A DNA stretch of 32,000 nucleotides from Haloferax volcanii DS2 (GCF_000025685.1 NC_013964.1:405907-437906); one strand, 5' to 3'. Positions 9,006-18,265 are shown, counted from the stretch's first letter. Numbers and translations: made by a program. Notes: generated from the sequence alone by a model not told the origin.

Positions 9006-9027
9006 CCGCGGTGGGCCCGCGGTGGGC
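9006..9027. repeat. perfect 11-bp tandem duplication (CCGCGGTGGGC x2)
   Basis: Read directly at 9006-9016 and 9017-9027. It sits in the spacer between the transporter stop (9076) and the lipoprotein start (8898). Confidence 0.8.
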
Positions 9028-9075
9028 CCGCGACCGCGCCGACCGCCTCGTGTCGCGGCGAACGCACACGAGCGG

Positions 9076-10242
9076 CTACGCGGCCAGCGGGATGATGATA
9101 ACGAGGAGCTTCGCGTAGACGACCATGAACAGGAGCGCGAAGGGGTAGGTGTTACCGTAGCCCGCCGCGACCTCGTCGGCTCCGGTGGCGTCGACGGCGG
9201 CCGCGAGACCCTTCGTGTCGGTGTGGCCGCCCGTGATACCGCCGGCGGCGCTAATCCAGTCCATGCCCCAGACGTAGCGAGTGAGCGCGAGCCCGGCGAG
9301 GATGGCGATAAAGCTCGTCAGCGCCGAGGCCGCCACGATTTGGAGGCCGTACTCGGAGATGGTTGCGAGGAAGCCGCCGCCGGCACCGATGCCGACGACC
9401 GCGAGGAACATCGCGAGCGTGAACGCCCGAATCTCCGAGAGGATGCCGGTGTCCATGCGCGTCGGCACGGGACCCACCCGGCCGAAGTAACCGAAGACGA
9501 GCGCGGCGACGAGGACGCCGCCGGTGGTCCCGAGCGAGGGCGTGCCGAACGGTCCCATCGGAATCGGAATCGACCCGATGACCGCGCCGGCGACGATGAC
9601 GAGCGCGTAGCCCATCACGCTGAACGTCACCTCGGTGACCGACGAGCCCGATTCGTCGTCGTCGGTGCCGCCGATAGCCTCGTCGAAGCCGCGCTTCTCC
9701 TCGTCGAGGTCGAGGCGGGCGATGACGGGGTACAACTGCTGGAACACGACGATGACGAGCACGCCGACGACGTAGCCGACCGAGTGGCCGATTTGGTAGT
9801 CCTGCCGGGCGGCCGCGGGGAGGGCCTCGATAGCCGACCCCAGCCCCGGACTGCTCGTCAGCGCGCCCGAGAACGACCCCATGATGAGGGGCGTCGACGC
9901 GTTGGGGAAGACGAACTGCGTCCAGACGTAGGTGAGCGCCAGCGCGACGGTCGGCATCAGCACCGCGACGGCGACGAAGTTGAGCCCGTACGCCTTGACG
10001 GTCCCCTCGATTTCGTGCGCCGCGATGAGACCGACGGCGGCGACGAACAGCGCCAGCGTGAGCCCGCTGTACGCGTCGGGGACGGTGAAGCCGAAGTGGC
10101 CGAGCACCAGCCCCGCAAACAGCGGGCCGGCGACGCCGAACTTGACGCCGCGGAAGCTGATTTTGCCGAGCCCCATCCCGACGAGCACCGCGAGGAACAG
10201 GACGAACAGGCCGTTGCCGACGAGCGACTCGACTATCGCCAC
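9076..10242 (-). CDS. AAE-family (YidE/YbjL/AspT-like) transporter, short form without TrkA-C domains
   Basis: 388 aa with an apparent GTG start. Two homologous membrane halves each carry the GxxLGxAGGxLxxGL-like signature (GVKFGVAGPLFAGLVLGH and PSLGTTGGVLVAALVFGY). They are joined by an acidic linker. Confidence 0.7.
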   Translation of the reverse strand: MAIVESLVGNGLFVLFLAVLVGMGLGKISFRGVKFGVAGPLFAGLVLGHFGFTVPDAYSGLTLALFVAAVGLIAAHEIEGTVKAYGLNFVAVAVLMPTVALALTYVWTQFVFPNASTPLIMGSFSGALTSSPGLGSAIEALPAAARQDYQIGHSVGYVVGVLVIVVFQQLYPVIARLDLDEEKRGFDEAIGGTDDDESGSSVTEVTFSVMGYALVIVAGAVIGSIPIPMGPFGTPSLGTTGGVLVAALVFGYFGRVGPVPTRMDTGILSEIRAFTLAMFLAVVGIGAGGGFLATISEYGLQIVAASALTSFIAILAGLALTRYVWGMDWISAAGGITGGHTDTKGLAAAVDATGADEVAAGYGNTYPFALLFMVVYAKLLVIIIPLAA

Positions 10243-10490
10243 GGGCGGTCACCCCCGAGACCGAGATGCACGCGAGAGGTCGAACCGCACCCGACCGAGC
10301 ACCGTGACGGGCACTGACATAGTTGAATGTTCGGTGACATACACATGGAGATTCACAGATACGGTGGATAAGGCTTGATTCGATTCTCACGGGCTGACGA
10401 CGAACCAAAAATCGCAGGACGGCAGCGCACACACTGTATTCTGCGGGATATTATCAGCCGCCACGTCGAGACGGCTCGATCGGCCCACAA

Positions 10491-11753
10491 TCAACCATCA
10501 TCTATGTGAAATGATTCGCGGAGTTCGGTCGTGAGTCGGTGCACGTCCAACTGTTCCGGCAGGTCGTCCCGGCCGTCGTGGTCCGTGAGCGAACCGGGTT
10601 CGAACGCGGGGTTCCGCTTTTCGACCGTCTCCAGGGGAACCTTGGTCGTGACGGTGAAGTGTTCGACCGGCGAGACGAACCCCCAGAGCGCGCCCGCGGT
10701 GTTGAGAACGACGAGAATCGGCGTCCACGGGACCGCGAGGAGCGTGAGTTTCGACTCGGACCGGTAGCTCGCGACGCCGACGCCCGTCACGACGAACAGC
10801 GTGGCGAACTCGACGAGCGAGCCGATTCGGTAGAGCATCAGGTCGGGGAGCGCGCCGGGGACGAGAAACGTGAGGAGCGTTATCAGCGGGATGAGCGGCG
10901 AAAAGCCCCACGCGACGAGGCGGAACTGGAGGAACACCTGATAATGTAGCGGCAGGAGGTCAGAATCCTGTCGCGTCCCCGAGAACCACCGACGGCGCTG
11001 TTTGAGCATCGTCATCACCGACGGTGGTGCCTGATTGCGGAACTTGCAGTCCAGCACGTTGAACTCGAGGTTCGTCGCGCTGGCGGCGCGCCACGCGAAG
11101 TCCGTGTCCTCGGTGATGGTCTTCGAGTCCCACGTGATGTCGTTTTCGAGGCGCGTCCGAATCGCGATGCCGCCGCCCCACGCGTACAGCGGGAATCTGA
11201 ACCGGCCGAACGCCCGCTGCTCGCGCTGGTAGCCGATGCGGAACACCTCCGAGAGATACGTCACCCACGACCCGGTGTACAGCGGGAGTTCCGTAATCTG
11301 GACGATGTCGCCCTCCGGCAACCCCTCGAAGTTCGCCATCAGCGTGTCCTCGTCGAGGTAGAGGACGAACTCCTTGTCGCAGGGAATCTCGCGGCGCGCC
11401 CATTCGAGCGCCCGGCCCTTGTGGGTCGCCGTGCAGGTGAACTCCTCGGGGACGACGTGGACCGACGCACCGTCCACCGAAATCGGCTTCTCGGCGACGA
11501 CCCGAACGTCCGCGAGGCCGTCGGGCACCGCGTCGACCGTCGATTGGACGATGCCCGCCGCGTCGATGGTGATGATACGGACTTGGATGTCGTCGTAGCC
11601 GTAGGCGACGTCGTCGGCGGCGATAGTCTGTCGCCACGCGAGGACGAGCACCTCGACGAACCACGTGAAGACCGACGCCGAGTAGAGCGCGAAGACGGTC
11701 CAGACGAGCATCAAGAGGACGAATATCGCCAGCTCGGACTGGACTTCGAACAT
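10491..11753 (-). CDS. membrane-embedded family-2 glycosyltransferase, processive-synthase-like (D, DxD, TED, QRRRW motifs)
   Basis: The track ORF 10491..12002 has a junk-like N-terminal extension. The ATG at 11753 gives MFEVQSELAIFVLLML... (421 aa). Motifs seen are LYLDEDT, ITEDTDF and LKQRRRWFSG, with N- and C-terminal TM helices. Confidence 0.85.
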   Translation of the reverse strand: MFEVQSELAIFVLLMLVWTVFALYSASVFTWFVEVLVLAWRQTIAADDVAYGYDDIQVRIITIDAAGIVQSTVDAVPDGLADVRVVAEKPISVDGASVHVVPEEFTCTATHKGRALEWARREIPCDKEFVLYLDEDTLMANFEGLPEGDIVQITELPLYTGSWVTYLSEVFRIGYQREQRAFGRFRFPLYAWGGGIAIRTRLENDITWDSKTITEDTDFAWRAASATNLEFNVLDCKFRNQAPPSVMTMLKQRRRWFSGTRQDSDLLPLHYQVFLQFRLVAWGFSPLIPLITLLTFLVPGALPDLMLYRIGSLVEFATLFVVTGVGVASYRSESKLTLLAVPWTPILVVLNTAGALWGFVSPVEHFTVTTKVPLETVEKRNPAFEPGSLTDHDGRDDLPEQLDVHRLTTELRESFHIDDG

Positions 11754-11852
11754 GTAGATTAGACAGACATTCTTGGAGTAATGAATGTACGGACTACGGA
11801 ATCGACCGACTCGGTGCGGGCCGGGAGCCGTCGCCCGCGACGAGACAGAGCA

Positions 11853-11876
11853 GTGCTGGAATCTGAGAACCAGCAC
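11853..11876. promoter_or_regulatory. palindrome GTGCTGG-N10-CCAGCAC upstream of dmsR
   Basis: Perfect 7-bp inverted arms at 11853-11859 and 11870-11876. The site ends 36 nt before the dmsR ATG. Confidence 0.3.
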
Positions 11877-11911
11877 AACCCACTTCCCCCGTGTTGACCG
11901 ACTGACTACCA

Positions 11912-12553
11912 ATGGCTGATTCCACGAGCGGCGTCGCGGAGGCGAAAGCCGACACACTGCGGGAACAACACCTCCAGCTCCTGCTGGAAATCGAGCCTGC
12001 AAAGCGCTGTTCGTGCCCGTTAGCCGGCCCCGACTCGGCGGTCGAAGACGTCCACACGCAGCTCGACGGCGACGTCTGCCACGCCGAGGTGACCGTCGGC
12101 GACGGGGACGCCTCGAAAGTGGTCCACGCGACGACGAGCGTCGGCGACGACTGTCTCTGCCGGGCGTTCGCCGAGTTCGAATGCGTACCGCGAATCCGCC
12201 GCGCCGACGGCGAGTGTATCGTCGTCGAGACGTATCTCTCGGACCGCGCGGTCATCACCGACCTCGTGGAGCGGCTCGACGAACTGACCGAGCGGGTCTG
12301 TCTCAGGCGACTCACCTCCGACGGGCGCGGCGATTCGACCGAGTCGAAGACGGCGACTATCGACCTCTCGTCGCTCACGGCGAAACAGCGCGAGGCGGCG
12401 CTCATCGCCGTCCACCACGGCTACTACGAGACGCCGCGACGGACGGAGTTGGCGACGCTCGCGGAGGCGCTCGGCATCTCGAAGTCGGCGCTCTCCCAGC
12501 GGTTGAACGCCGTGGAAGCCAAGCTCGCGACGGCGGTGTTCGACTCCGAGTAA
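11912..12553 (+). CDS. dmsR: Bat-type HTH (HTH_10) transcriptional regulator, DmsR-like
   Basis: 213 aa. The C-terminus, LTAKQREAALIAVHHGYYETPRRTELATLAEALGISKSALSQRLNAVEAKL, is the haloarchaeal bat-like HTH. The N-terminal half is Cys-rich. It lies immediately upstream of dmsEABCD, as in the described haloarchaeal dms loci. Confidence 0.8.
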   Translation: MADSTSGVAEAKADTLREQHLQLLLEIEPAKRCSCPLAGPDSAVEDVHTQLDGDVCHAEVTVGDGDASKVVHATTSVGDDCLCRAFAEFECVPRIRRADGECIVVETYLSDRAVITDLVERLDELTERVCLRRLTSDGRGDSTESKTATIDLSSLTAKQREAALIAVHHGYYETPRRTELATLAEALGISKSALSQRLNAVEAKLATAVFDSE

Positions 12554-12618
12554 TCCCTCGACTACCCCGCAAAAACGGCAGACAGCTGACGTTCGAGACG
12601 GCTCGGTGCGACGTCGAG

Positions 12619-12626
12619 TATATAAA
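12619..12626 (+). promoter_or_regulatory. TATA-like box (TATATAAA) of the dmsEABCD operon
   Basis: This is the only AT-rich element in the dmsR-dmsE spacer, about 60 nt upstream of the dmsE ATG. It is preceded by the direct repeats GACGTTCGAG and GACGTCGAG, and followed by a 7-bp stem (GGGTGGC/GCCACCC, 12644-12668). Confidence 0.4.
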
Positions 12627-12685
12627 CCGCTTCATTATCCAGCGGGTGGCCTACCGAGGCCGCCACCCTCGGTACGTGTGTAACC

Positions 12686-12925
12686 ATGAACGACCCACAA
12701 CAGCCGCGACTGACTCCGCTCGACGAGTGGGAGACGGAAGCGGCGAACATCCTCGACGGGGGCGATTACGACGCCGAGTTGGGACTGCGGATGGCCCGCG
12801 ACGCGATTCGGGTCTCGAACGGCGAACTCTCAGACGAGGCGTTCCACGAGAAGTACCACGAGGCGGTCGTCGCGGAGTTCGGTGAGGACGCCCGCCCGAC
12901 CGAACCGGAGGGGTTCGATGAGTGA
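12686..12925 (+). CDS. dmsE: small acidic protein preceding dmsA (DmsE-like)
   Basis: 79 aa, very acidic, with good GC3. Its stop overlaps the dmsA ATG by 8 nt. Its position matches the small dmsE ORF of haloarchaeal dms operons (from memory). Confidence 0.6.
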   Translation: MNDPQQPRLTPLDEWETEAANILDGGDYDAELGLRMARDAIRVSNGELSDEAFHEKYHEAVVAEFGEDARPTEPEGFDE

Positions 12926-15449
12926 CGACGGACGCGGCTCGACGGGAGGTGGTGGCGACGGCGACGGCGACGGCGTGTTCAGACGCGACGTGCTGAAAGC
13001 CAGCGGGGCCGCGGCCGTCGCGCTCGGACTCGGGGGCGGCGGCTACGCCTCCTCGCTGGCCGAGACCGCCACCGAACCGGCGTCGAGGCAGAACCCCGGC
13101 ATCGAGAGCTACGTCGGACAGGACGAGATTATCAGGACGGCGTGCGCGCCGAACTGTCGCGGGAAGTGTCCGCTCGAAGCGCACGTCCGCGACGGACGCG
13201 TCAGGAAAATCGAGCCGCAGATTCCCGAAGACGAGCGGTACAAACGCGCCTGTACCCTCGGGCTGTCGCACACCCAGCGCATCTACAACGCCACGCGGCT
13301 CAAGTACCCGATGAAGCGCGTCGGCTGGGAGCCGGGGAGTCCGAACCCCGAGGGCCGCGGCGACGCCGCCGAGTTCGAGCGCGTCACGTGGGACGAGGCG
13401 CTCGACTACATCGCCGCGGAGATGGAGCGCGTCCGCGACGACTACGGCCCCGAGAGCGTCTACTTCGAGACGGGGTCGGGGAACAACGGCATCAGCGGCA
13501 CCATCCAGAGCCGGCTGTCGTCGCTGTTCGGCGGGACTCAGAAGTCGTGGTCCATCGACATCAACGTCGGACTCGGCTTCAGTCGACTCGCCGGGGCCGG
13601 CTTCTTCAACGTCCCGACCAACGAGGTCGTCGACTGGCGGAACGCGAACACGGTCATCGTCTGGGGGTCGGACATCTTCGCCAGCAACCTCCAACAGGAC
13701 GCCTCGAAGCTCCTCGACGCGGTCGAAAACGGCGCGAAGCTCGTCTGCGTCGACCCGGTGTACACGAACACCGCCGCGAAGGCCGACCTCTGGCTCCCCA
13801 TCAAGCCGGGGAAGGACACGCTCCTGACCCTGTCGATGATTAAGACAGTCCTCGCCGACGAGACCTACGACACCGAGTTCCTTCGGAAGCGGACACTCGG
13901 GCCGGCGCTCGTCCGCGACGACACGGGCGAACTGCTCGACGCGAGCGACGTGTTCGACGACGTGACCGAGGACCTGCCCGTCGCGGTCGACGAATCGACG
14001 GGCGAGCCGGTCGCGCTCGAACCCGAGACGTACGGTGAGTACGCGCTGTTCGGTGAGTACACCGTCGCTGGCGTCGACTGCCACACGGCGCTTTCGCTCC
14101 TCGAAGAACACGTCTCCGACTACGACCCCGACGCCGTCGCCGCCGAGGTCGGCATCAACGCCGACAACATCCGCACCGCGGTGCGCTGGCTCGCAACGCG
14201 CGGCCCCGGCGGCATCGCCTCCGGCTACGGCGTCGACCGCTACAAGTACGGTCACACCTTCGGGCAGGCGTACGCCATCCTCCTCGGGCTGACCGGCGAC
14301 TTCGGTCGCCACGGGAGCATTCAGGGGAGCCACCCGCTCGGCGGGTCGTACGACAACGGCGGCTACGACGCCCCCGAGGACGGGCCCGGAACCACGTCGC
14401 TCCCGCAGACGGACATCCTCACCGCGATAGAGTCCGGCGACCCCTACCAGCTAAAGGTGATGTACTCACAGGAGTCGAACTTCATCGCCAACCAGATGCC
14501 GGACAGACAGCGGTGGCTGGAGGCGTCGAAGAAACTCGACCTCATCGCCGTCGCCGACATGCACCACACGCCGTCGGTCCAGCACGCGGACATCATCCTC
14601 CCCGCGTCCCACTGGTTCGAACGCGAGGACGTCGTCGACACGTGGGGCGGCCACCCGCACATCATGTACCGCCAGCCCGCCCACGACCCGCTGTGGGAGT
14701 CGAAGTCCGACCACTGGATGCTGGTCAGGCTGGCCGAGCGCCTCGGCTTCGGTGACTACTTCAACCGCGATAAGTCGGCGACGCTCCGAGAACTGCTCGC
14801 CAACGACGACGAGGTGGACTACGAGACGCTGAAAGAACAGGGAACGGTGAAGGTGAGCACGCCGGTCGTCAAGTTCACTGGGGAGTTCAACACCCCGTCG
14901 GGCCGGCTGGAACTGTACGACGAGGACGCGCCGACCGAAGGCGGCGTCACGCTGGAACTGCCGAAGCACATCGAGAGCCGGACGGCCGACGACTGGGACA
15001 CGGCGGAGGACTACCCGCTGATGTTCATCCAGAAGCACTCGAAGTGGCGCATCCACTCGCAGTACGAGTACCAAAACTGGCTGCGGGAGATAAACAACGA
15101 GCCGCAGTTGGACATCAACCCGAAGGACGCCGCGGCCCGCGGCATCGAAGACGGCGACTACGTCCGCGTCCACAACGAGCGCGGCGAGATGGTCGTGAAG
15201 GCGAAGCTGAACGACGGGATGCAGCCCGGGCTGGTGAACACCGACCAAGGCTGGTGGGGAAGCGACTACGTCCGCGGCCACCACAACGACCTGACCCACA
15301 CGGACGTGTGTGAGGTGACGGGGAACTTCGCGTTCTACGACACCAGAGTCGAGGTCGAACCGGCACCGAGCGACGTCGACACGAGCAAGTACACGAGCGA
15401 CCAGCCGACCGGTTCGGGCGCGACCAGCGCCGGGGCGGGAGGTGACTGA
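12918..15449 (+). CDS. dmsA: DMSO reductase family molybdopterin oxidoreductase, catalytic subunit A (Tat-exported)
   Basis: The ATG at 12918 gives MSDDGRGS...GVFRRDVLKASGAAAVALG, a twin-arginine signal. The N-terminal Fe-S motif is CAPNCRGKCPL...ACTLG. It has Mo-bisPGD family length (~843 aa) and conserved blocks throughout. Confidence 0.92.
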   Translation: MSDDGRGSTGGGGDGDGDGVFRRDVLKASGAAAVALGLGGGGYASSLAETATEPASRQNPGIESYVGQDEIIRTACAPNCRGKCPLEAHVRDGRVRKIEPQIPEDERYKRACTLGLSHTQRIYNATRLKYPMKRVGWEPGSPNPEGRGDAAEFERVTWDEALDYIAAEMERVRDDYGPESVYFETGSGNNGISGTIQSRLSSLFGGTQKSWSIDINVGLGFSRLAGAGFFNVPTNEVVDWRNANTVIVWGSDIFASNLQQDASKLLDAVENGAKLVCVDPVYTNTAAKADLWLPIKPGKDTLLTLSMIKTVLADETYDTEFLRKRTLGPALVRDDTGELLDASDVFDDVTEDLPVAVDESTGEPVALEPETYGEYALFGEYTVAGVDCHTALSLLEEHVSDYDPDAVAAEVGINADNIRTAVRWLATRGPGGIASGYGVDRYKYGHTFGQAYAILLGLTGDFGRHGSIQGSHPLGGSYDNGGYDAPEDGPGTTSLPQTDILTAIESGDPYQLKVMYSQESNFIANQMPDRQRWLEASKKLDLIAVADMHHTPSVQHADIILPASHWFEREDVVDTWGGHPHIMYRQPAHDPLWESKSDHWMLVRLAERLGFGDYFNRDKSATLRELLANDDEVDYETLKEQGTVKVSTPVVKFTGEFNTPSGRLELYDEDAPTEGGVTLELPKHIESRTADDWDTAEDYPLMFIQKHSKWRIHSQYEYQNWLREINNEPQLDINPKDAAARGIEDGDYVRVHNERGEMVVKAKLNDGMQPGLVNTDQGWWGSDYVRGHHNDLTHTDVCEVTGNFAFYDTRVEVEPAPSDVDTSKYTSDQPTGSGATSAGAGGD

Positions 15450-15451
15450 CC

Positions 15452-16273
15452 ATGACTAACTACGGCTTAGTAATCGACCAAGAGCGGTGTATCGGCTGTC
15501 ACGCCTGCGCCGTGACGTGTAAACAGGAGAACAACGTCGGCCTCGGCCAGTACTGGAACCGCGTGCTCACCGAGGGCGGCGACAAGATGGACACGCCGGC
15601 CGGGACGTACCCGGAAAACGGCGAGGACGGCACGCTGGAGATGTCCTACCAGCCGACGGCCTGCCAGCACTGCGACAACGCGCCGTGCGTGAAGGTGTGT
15701 CCGGTCAACGCGACCTACACCCGCGAGGACGGCATCGTCGAAATCGACTACGACAAGTGTATCGGCTGTCGCTACTGCATGGCCGCCTGCCCGTACAACG
15801 CCCGCGTGTTCAACTGGGACGAACCGCAGACGGTCCCCGAAGACGGCACCGGCGACGTGCCGGCCCGGCCGCAGGGCGTCGTCGAGAAGTGTACGTTCTG
15901 TTCACACCGCGTCGAGGAGGGGCTCGACCCCGCCTGCGTCGTGAACTGCCCGGCGGACGCCCGCATCTTCGGTGACCTCGACAACGAGGAAAGCACCGTC
16001 TCGAAGTACATCAGAAAGTACCAGACGACGCGACTGCTCGAAGACCGCGGCACCGACCCGAAGACGTACTACATCCGCGGCGAGATGAGTCCGGGTCGCC
16101 CGCAGACCTCCGACAAGATGGAGAGCGAACTCGACGACGTGTCGGTCTGGTCGGAGCCGAAGGACAACGGTCCGGTCGAGGAAAGCGGCGGAAGCGGCGG
16201 CGGCGGGTCGCACGGCTCGCTGTCGAACGACGCGCTTCCGCACGTCCCCGCGTTCGAGGGAGGTGACGACTGA
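15452..16273 (+). CDS. dmsB: DMSO reductase 4Fe-4S ferredoxin-type subunit B
   Basis: 273 aa with four Cys clusters: CIGCHACAVTC, CQHCDNAPCVKVCP, CIGCRYCMAACP, CTFCSHRV...CVVNCP. It starts 2 nt after the dmsA stop. Confidence 0.92.
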   Translation: MTNYGLVIDQERCIGCHACAVTCKQENNVGLGQYWNRVLTEGGDKMDTPAGTYPENGEDGTLEMSYQPTACQHCDNAPCVKVCPVNATYTREDGIVEIDYDKCIGCRYCMAACPYNARVFNWDEPQTVPEDGTGDVPARPQGVVEKCTFCSHRVEEGLDPACVVNCPADARIFGDLDNEESTVSKYIRKYQTTRLLEDRGTDPKTYYIRGEMSPGRPQTSDKMESELDDVSVWSEPKDNGPVEESGGSGGGGSHGSLSNDALPHVPAFEGGDD

Positions 16274-17586
16274 TGTCGAGAGAGACCGCCACCTCGCGGT
16301 TCGTCGTCCCCGAGTTCGGAAGCGCCGGGAAGCTCTGGGTGGGCTTTCTCGCCGCCGTCGTCTTAGTGGGCGTCGTCGCGTGGGCCTACCAGCTCACCAC
16401 CGGCCTCGTCGTCACGGGGATGCGCAACGTGTTCTCGTGGGGGCTGTACATCATGATGTTCGTCCTGTTCGTCGGGCTGTCGGCCGGCGGGCTCATCATC
16501 TCCAGCGCGCCGAAGTTCTTCCACTCGCACCGCTACGAGGGGTTCGCGCGCCTCGGGGTGCTGGTGAGCCTCGCGTGCATCACCGTCGCCGGGCTGCTCA
16601 TCCTGCCCGACATCGGCCGCCCCGAGCGCCTCTACCAGTTTTTCACCTCGCCGGACTTCCGGTCACCGATGGTGTGGGACTTCGGCATCGTCATCCTCTA
16701 CGGCGCGCTGAACCTCTGGTATCTCTGGCTCCTGACCCGCCGCGACCTCGCGGCCCGCGGGTCGCGGCTGGCGCTCGGCGTCGAGGACACGGAAGCCGGC
16801 CGCGAGCGCGACCGGACGCTCATGTTCTGGACCGCCGCCGTCGCGCTGCCGACCGCGGTCGCGCTCCACTCGGTCACCGGGTGGATTTTCGCGACGCAAA
16901 TCGGCCGCGGCGACTGGTTCAGCCCGCTCGTCGCGCCGGTGTTCATCGCCAAGGCGCTCGTCTCCGGGCTCGGTCTGCTGTTGGTCGTCTCCGTCCTCGT
17001 CTCGCGGTTCACCCGCTTCAGCGTCGACCGCGAGGAGCTGACGAGCCTCGGGAAGGTGCTCGGCATCTTCCTCGCGTTCCACGTCGTCTACCTGCTCGCG
17101 GCCGAGCGCCTCCCGCACGCGTGGGCCGACCACTTCGGGTTCTGGGCCATCACCGAAAGCTTCCTCATCGGTGAGTCGGCGTACTTCTGGCTCTGGACGG
17201 TCGTCGGCGGGGCGGTCCCGCTTGTCATGCTCGCGCTCCCGTCGTTCCGCAAGCGCGTGTCGGTCATCTTCACCGCCAGCGCCCTCGCGGTGTTCGGGAC
17301 GACGTTCGAGGGGGTTCGACTGGTCTTCACCGGCTACGACGCGGCCAACATCGACGCCGCGCCCGGCATCTCCGTCGGCGGCGAGTACGCCGGCGTGACG
17401 ACCGACATCTGGGCGACCGCGGGGTCGTACACTCCCACGCTCGTCGAGGTCGCGGTCACCGCTGGCGTCATCGCCATCGGCGCGCTCATCGTCACCCTCG
17501 GACTGCGGTACGTCCCGATTCAGGCGGAAACCGAATCGACCGCCGTCGCGACCGACGGCGGCGAGACGCGGGGGGAAGACCGATGA
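16273..17586 (+). CDS. dmsC: DMSO reductase membrane anchor subunit C (NrfD/PsrC-like)
   Basis: 437 aa with about 8-10 TM helices. Its ATG overlaps the dmsB TGA by 1 nt. Confidence 0.85.
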   Translation: MSRETATSRFVVPEFGSAGKLWVGFLAAVVLVGVVAWAYQLTTGLVVTGMRNVFSWGLYIMMFVLFVGLSAGGLIISSAPKFFHSHRYEGFARLGVLVSLACITVAGLLILPDIGRPERLYQFFTSPDFRSPMVWDFGIVILYGALNLWYLWLLTRRDLAARGSRLALGVEDTEAGRERDRTLMFWTAAVALPTAVALHSVTGWIFATQIGRGDWFSPLVAPVFIAKALVSGLGLLLVVSVLVSRFTRFSVDREELTSLGKVLGIFLAFHVVYLLAAERLPHAWADHFGFWAITESFLIGESAYFWLWTVVGGAVPLVMLALPSFRKRVSVIFTASALAVFGTTFEGVRLVFTGYDAANIDAAPGISVGGEYAGVTTDIWATAGSYTPTLVEVAVTAGVIAIGALIVTLGLRYVPIQAETESTAVATDGGETRGEDR

Positions 17587-18176
17587 GCGAACCCGTCGCC
17601 CAAAGCCCGAGCGAGGGGAACGAGAAGTACGAGGAGCACGCGGCGGCCGGCGACGCCTTCGAGTCGGCTCGGACGGCGACGTACGCGGTCCTCGCGGCCT
17701 GCTGGCGCGAACCGACCGAGCGGCTGGTCGAAGTCGCCAACGACGGTGAACTGTCGGCGCTTTTCGGCCCGCTGGAGTCGCTCGAACTCCACGCGCTGCG
17801 AAGCGAGTACGCCCGGCTGTTCATCGGCCCGGCCGGCCCGCCGTGTCCGCCCTACGAGAGCGTCTACCGCGACAGGGCGGACGACGACGAGTTCGGAGAG
17901 GTACTGGGACCGGCGACGACGGCCGTCGAGCGCTGGTATCAGGCGTTCGGCGTCGAGCACCGACCCGAGCAGCGCGACCTGCCGGACCACGTCGCGACGG
18001 AACTGGAGTTCTGCGCGTACCTCGCCGAACACGGCCGCGACGACCGCCTCGACCAGTTCCGCGACGAACACCTCACGCAGTGGGTCGACGACCTCTGTGA
18101 CCGGGTCGAAACCGAGACGCGGTCGCCGTTCTACGCGGCGCTCGCCCGGACGACGCGGGAGGTGGTCAGCGACTGA
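17583..18176 (+). CDS. dmsD: TorD/DmsD-family molybdoenzyme maturation chaperone
   Basis: 197 aa with the TorD-like motif RLFIGPAGPPCPPYESVY. It has an ATGA overlap with dmsC. Confidence 0.85.
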   Translation: MSEPVAQSPSEGNEKYEEHAAAGDAFESARTATYAVLAACWREPTERLVEVANDGELSALFGPLESLELHALRSEYARLFIGPAGPPCPPYESVYRDRADDDEFGEVLGPATTAVERWYQAFGVEHRPEQRDLPDHVATELEFCAYLAEHGRDDRLDQFRDEHLTQWVDDLCDRVETETRSPFYAALARTTREVVSD

Positions 18177-18245
18177 CACACAGCCGAGTTGGAACCGCCG
18201 AACCGAACGCACTCACCAGGTCGCTCCCGCGCCGAGTCGACTCGC

Positions 18246-18250
18246 TTTTT
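18246..18250 (+). terminator. oligo-T tract after dmsD (candidate archaeal terminator)
   Basis: A T5 run sits about 70 nt after the dmsD stop in GC-rich sequence. Confidence 0.3.
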
Positions 18251-18257
18251 CGACCTC

Positions 18258-18265
18258 TTTAAAAG
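18258..18265 (+). promoter_or_regulatory. TATA-like box TTTAAAAG upstream of the Mo-domain/mobA/ABC genes
   Basis: An AT-rich element lies about 65 nt upstream of the ATG at 18328, directly after the T5 tract. Confidence 0.3.

Noticed and set aside
10243-10490. The 248-bp spacer between the GT2 and the AAE transporter was inspected for repeats, tRNA-like sequence or riboswitch-like structure.
   Set aside because: I could not identify any convincing symmetry, repeat or conserved RNA motif by eye.
11754-12002. N-terminal extensions proposed by the ORF track: for the GT2 gene here, and likewise for dmsA (12882-12917), the ABC binding protein (19237-19560), the Spo0M-like gene (23837-24013), the 71-aa ORF (23397-23561) and the second TenA (29907-29942).
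   Set aside because: The extensions are Arg/Pro-rich, lack GC3 periodicity, or overlap upstream genes. Internal ATGs give canonical N-termini (TM helix, Tat signals, Spo0M start) and classic 4-8 nt gene overlaps.
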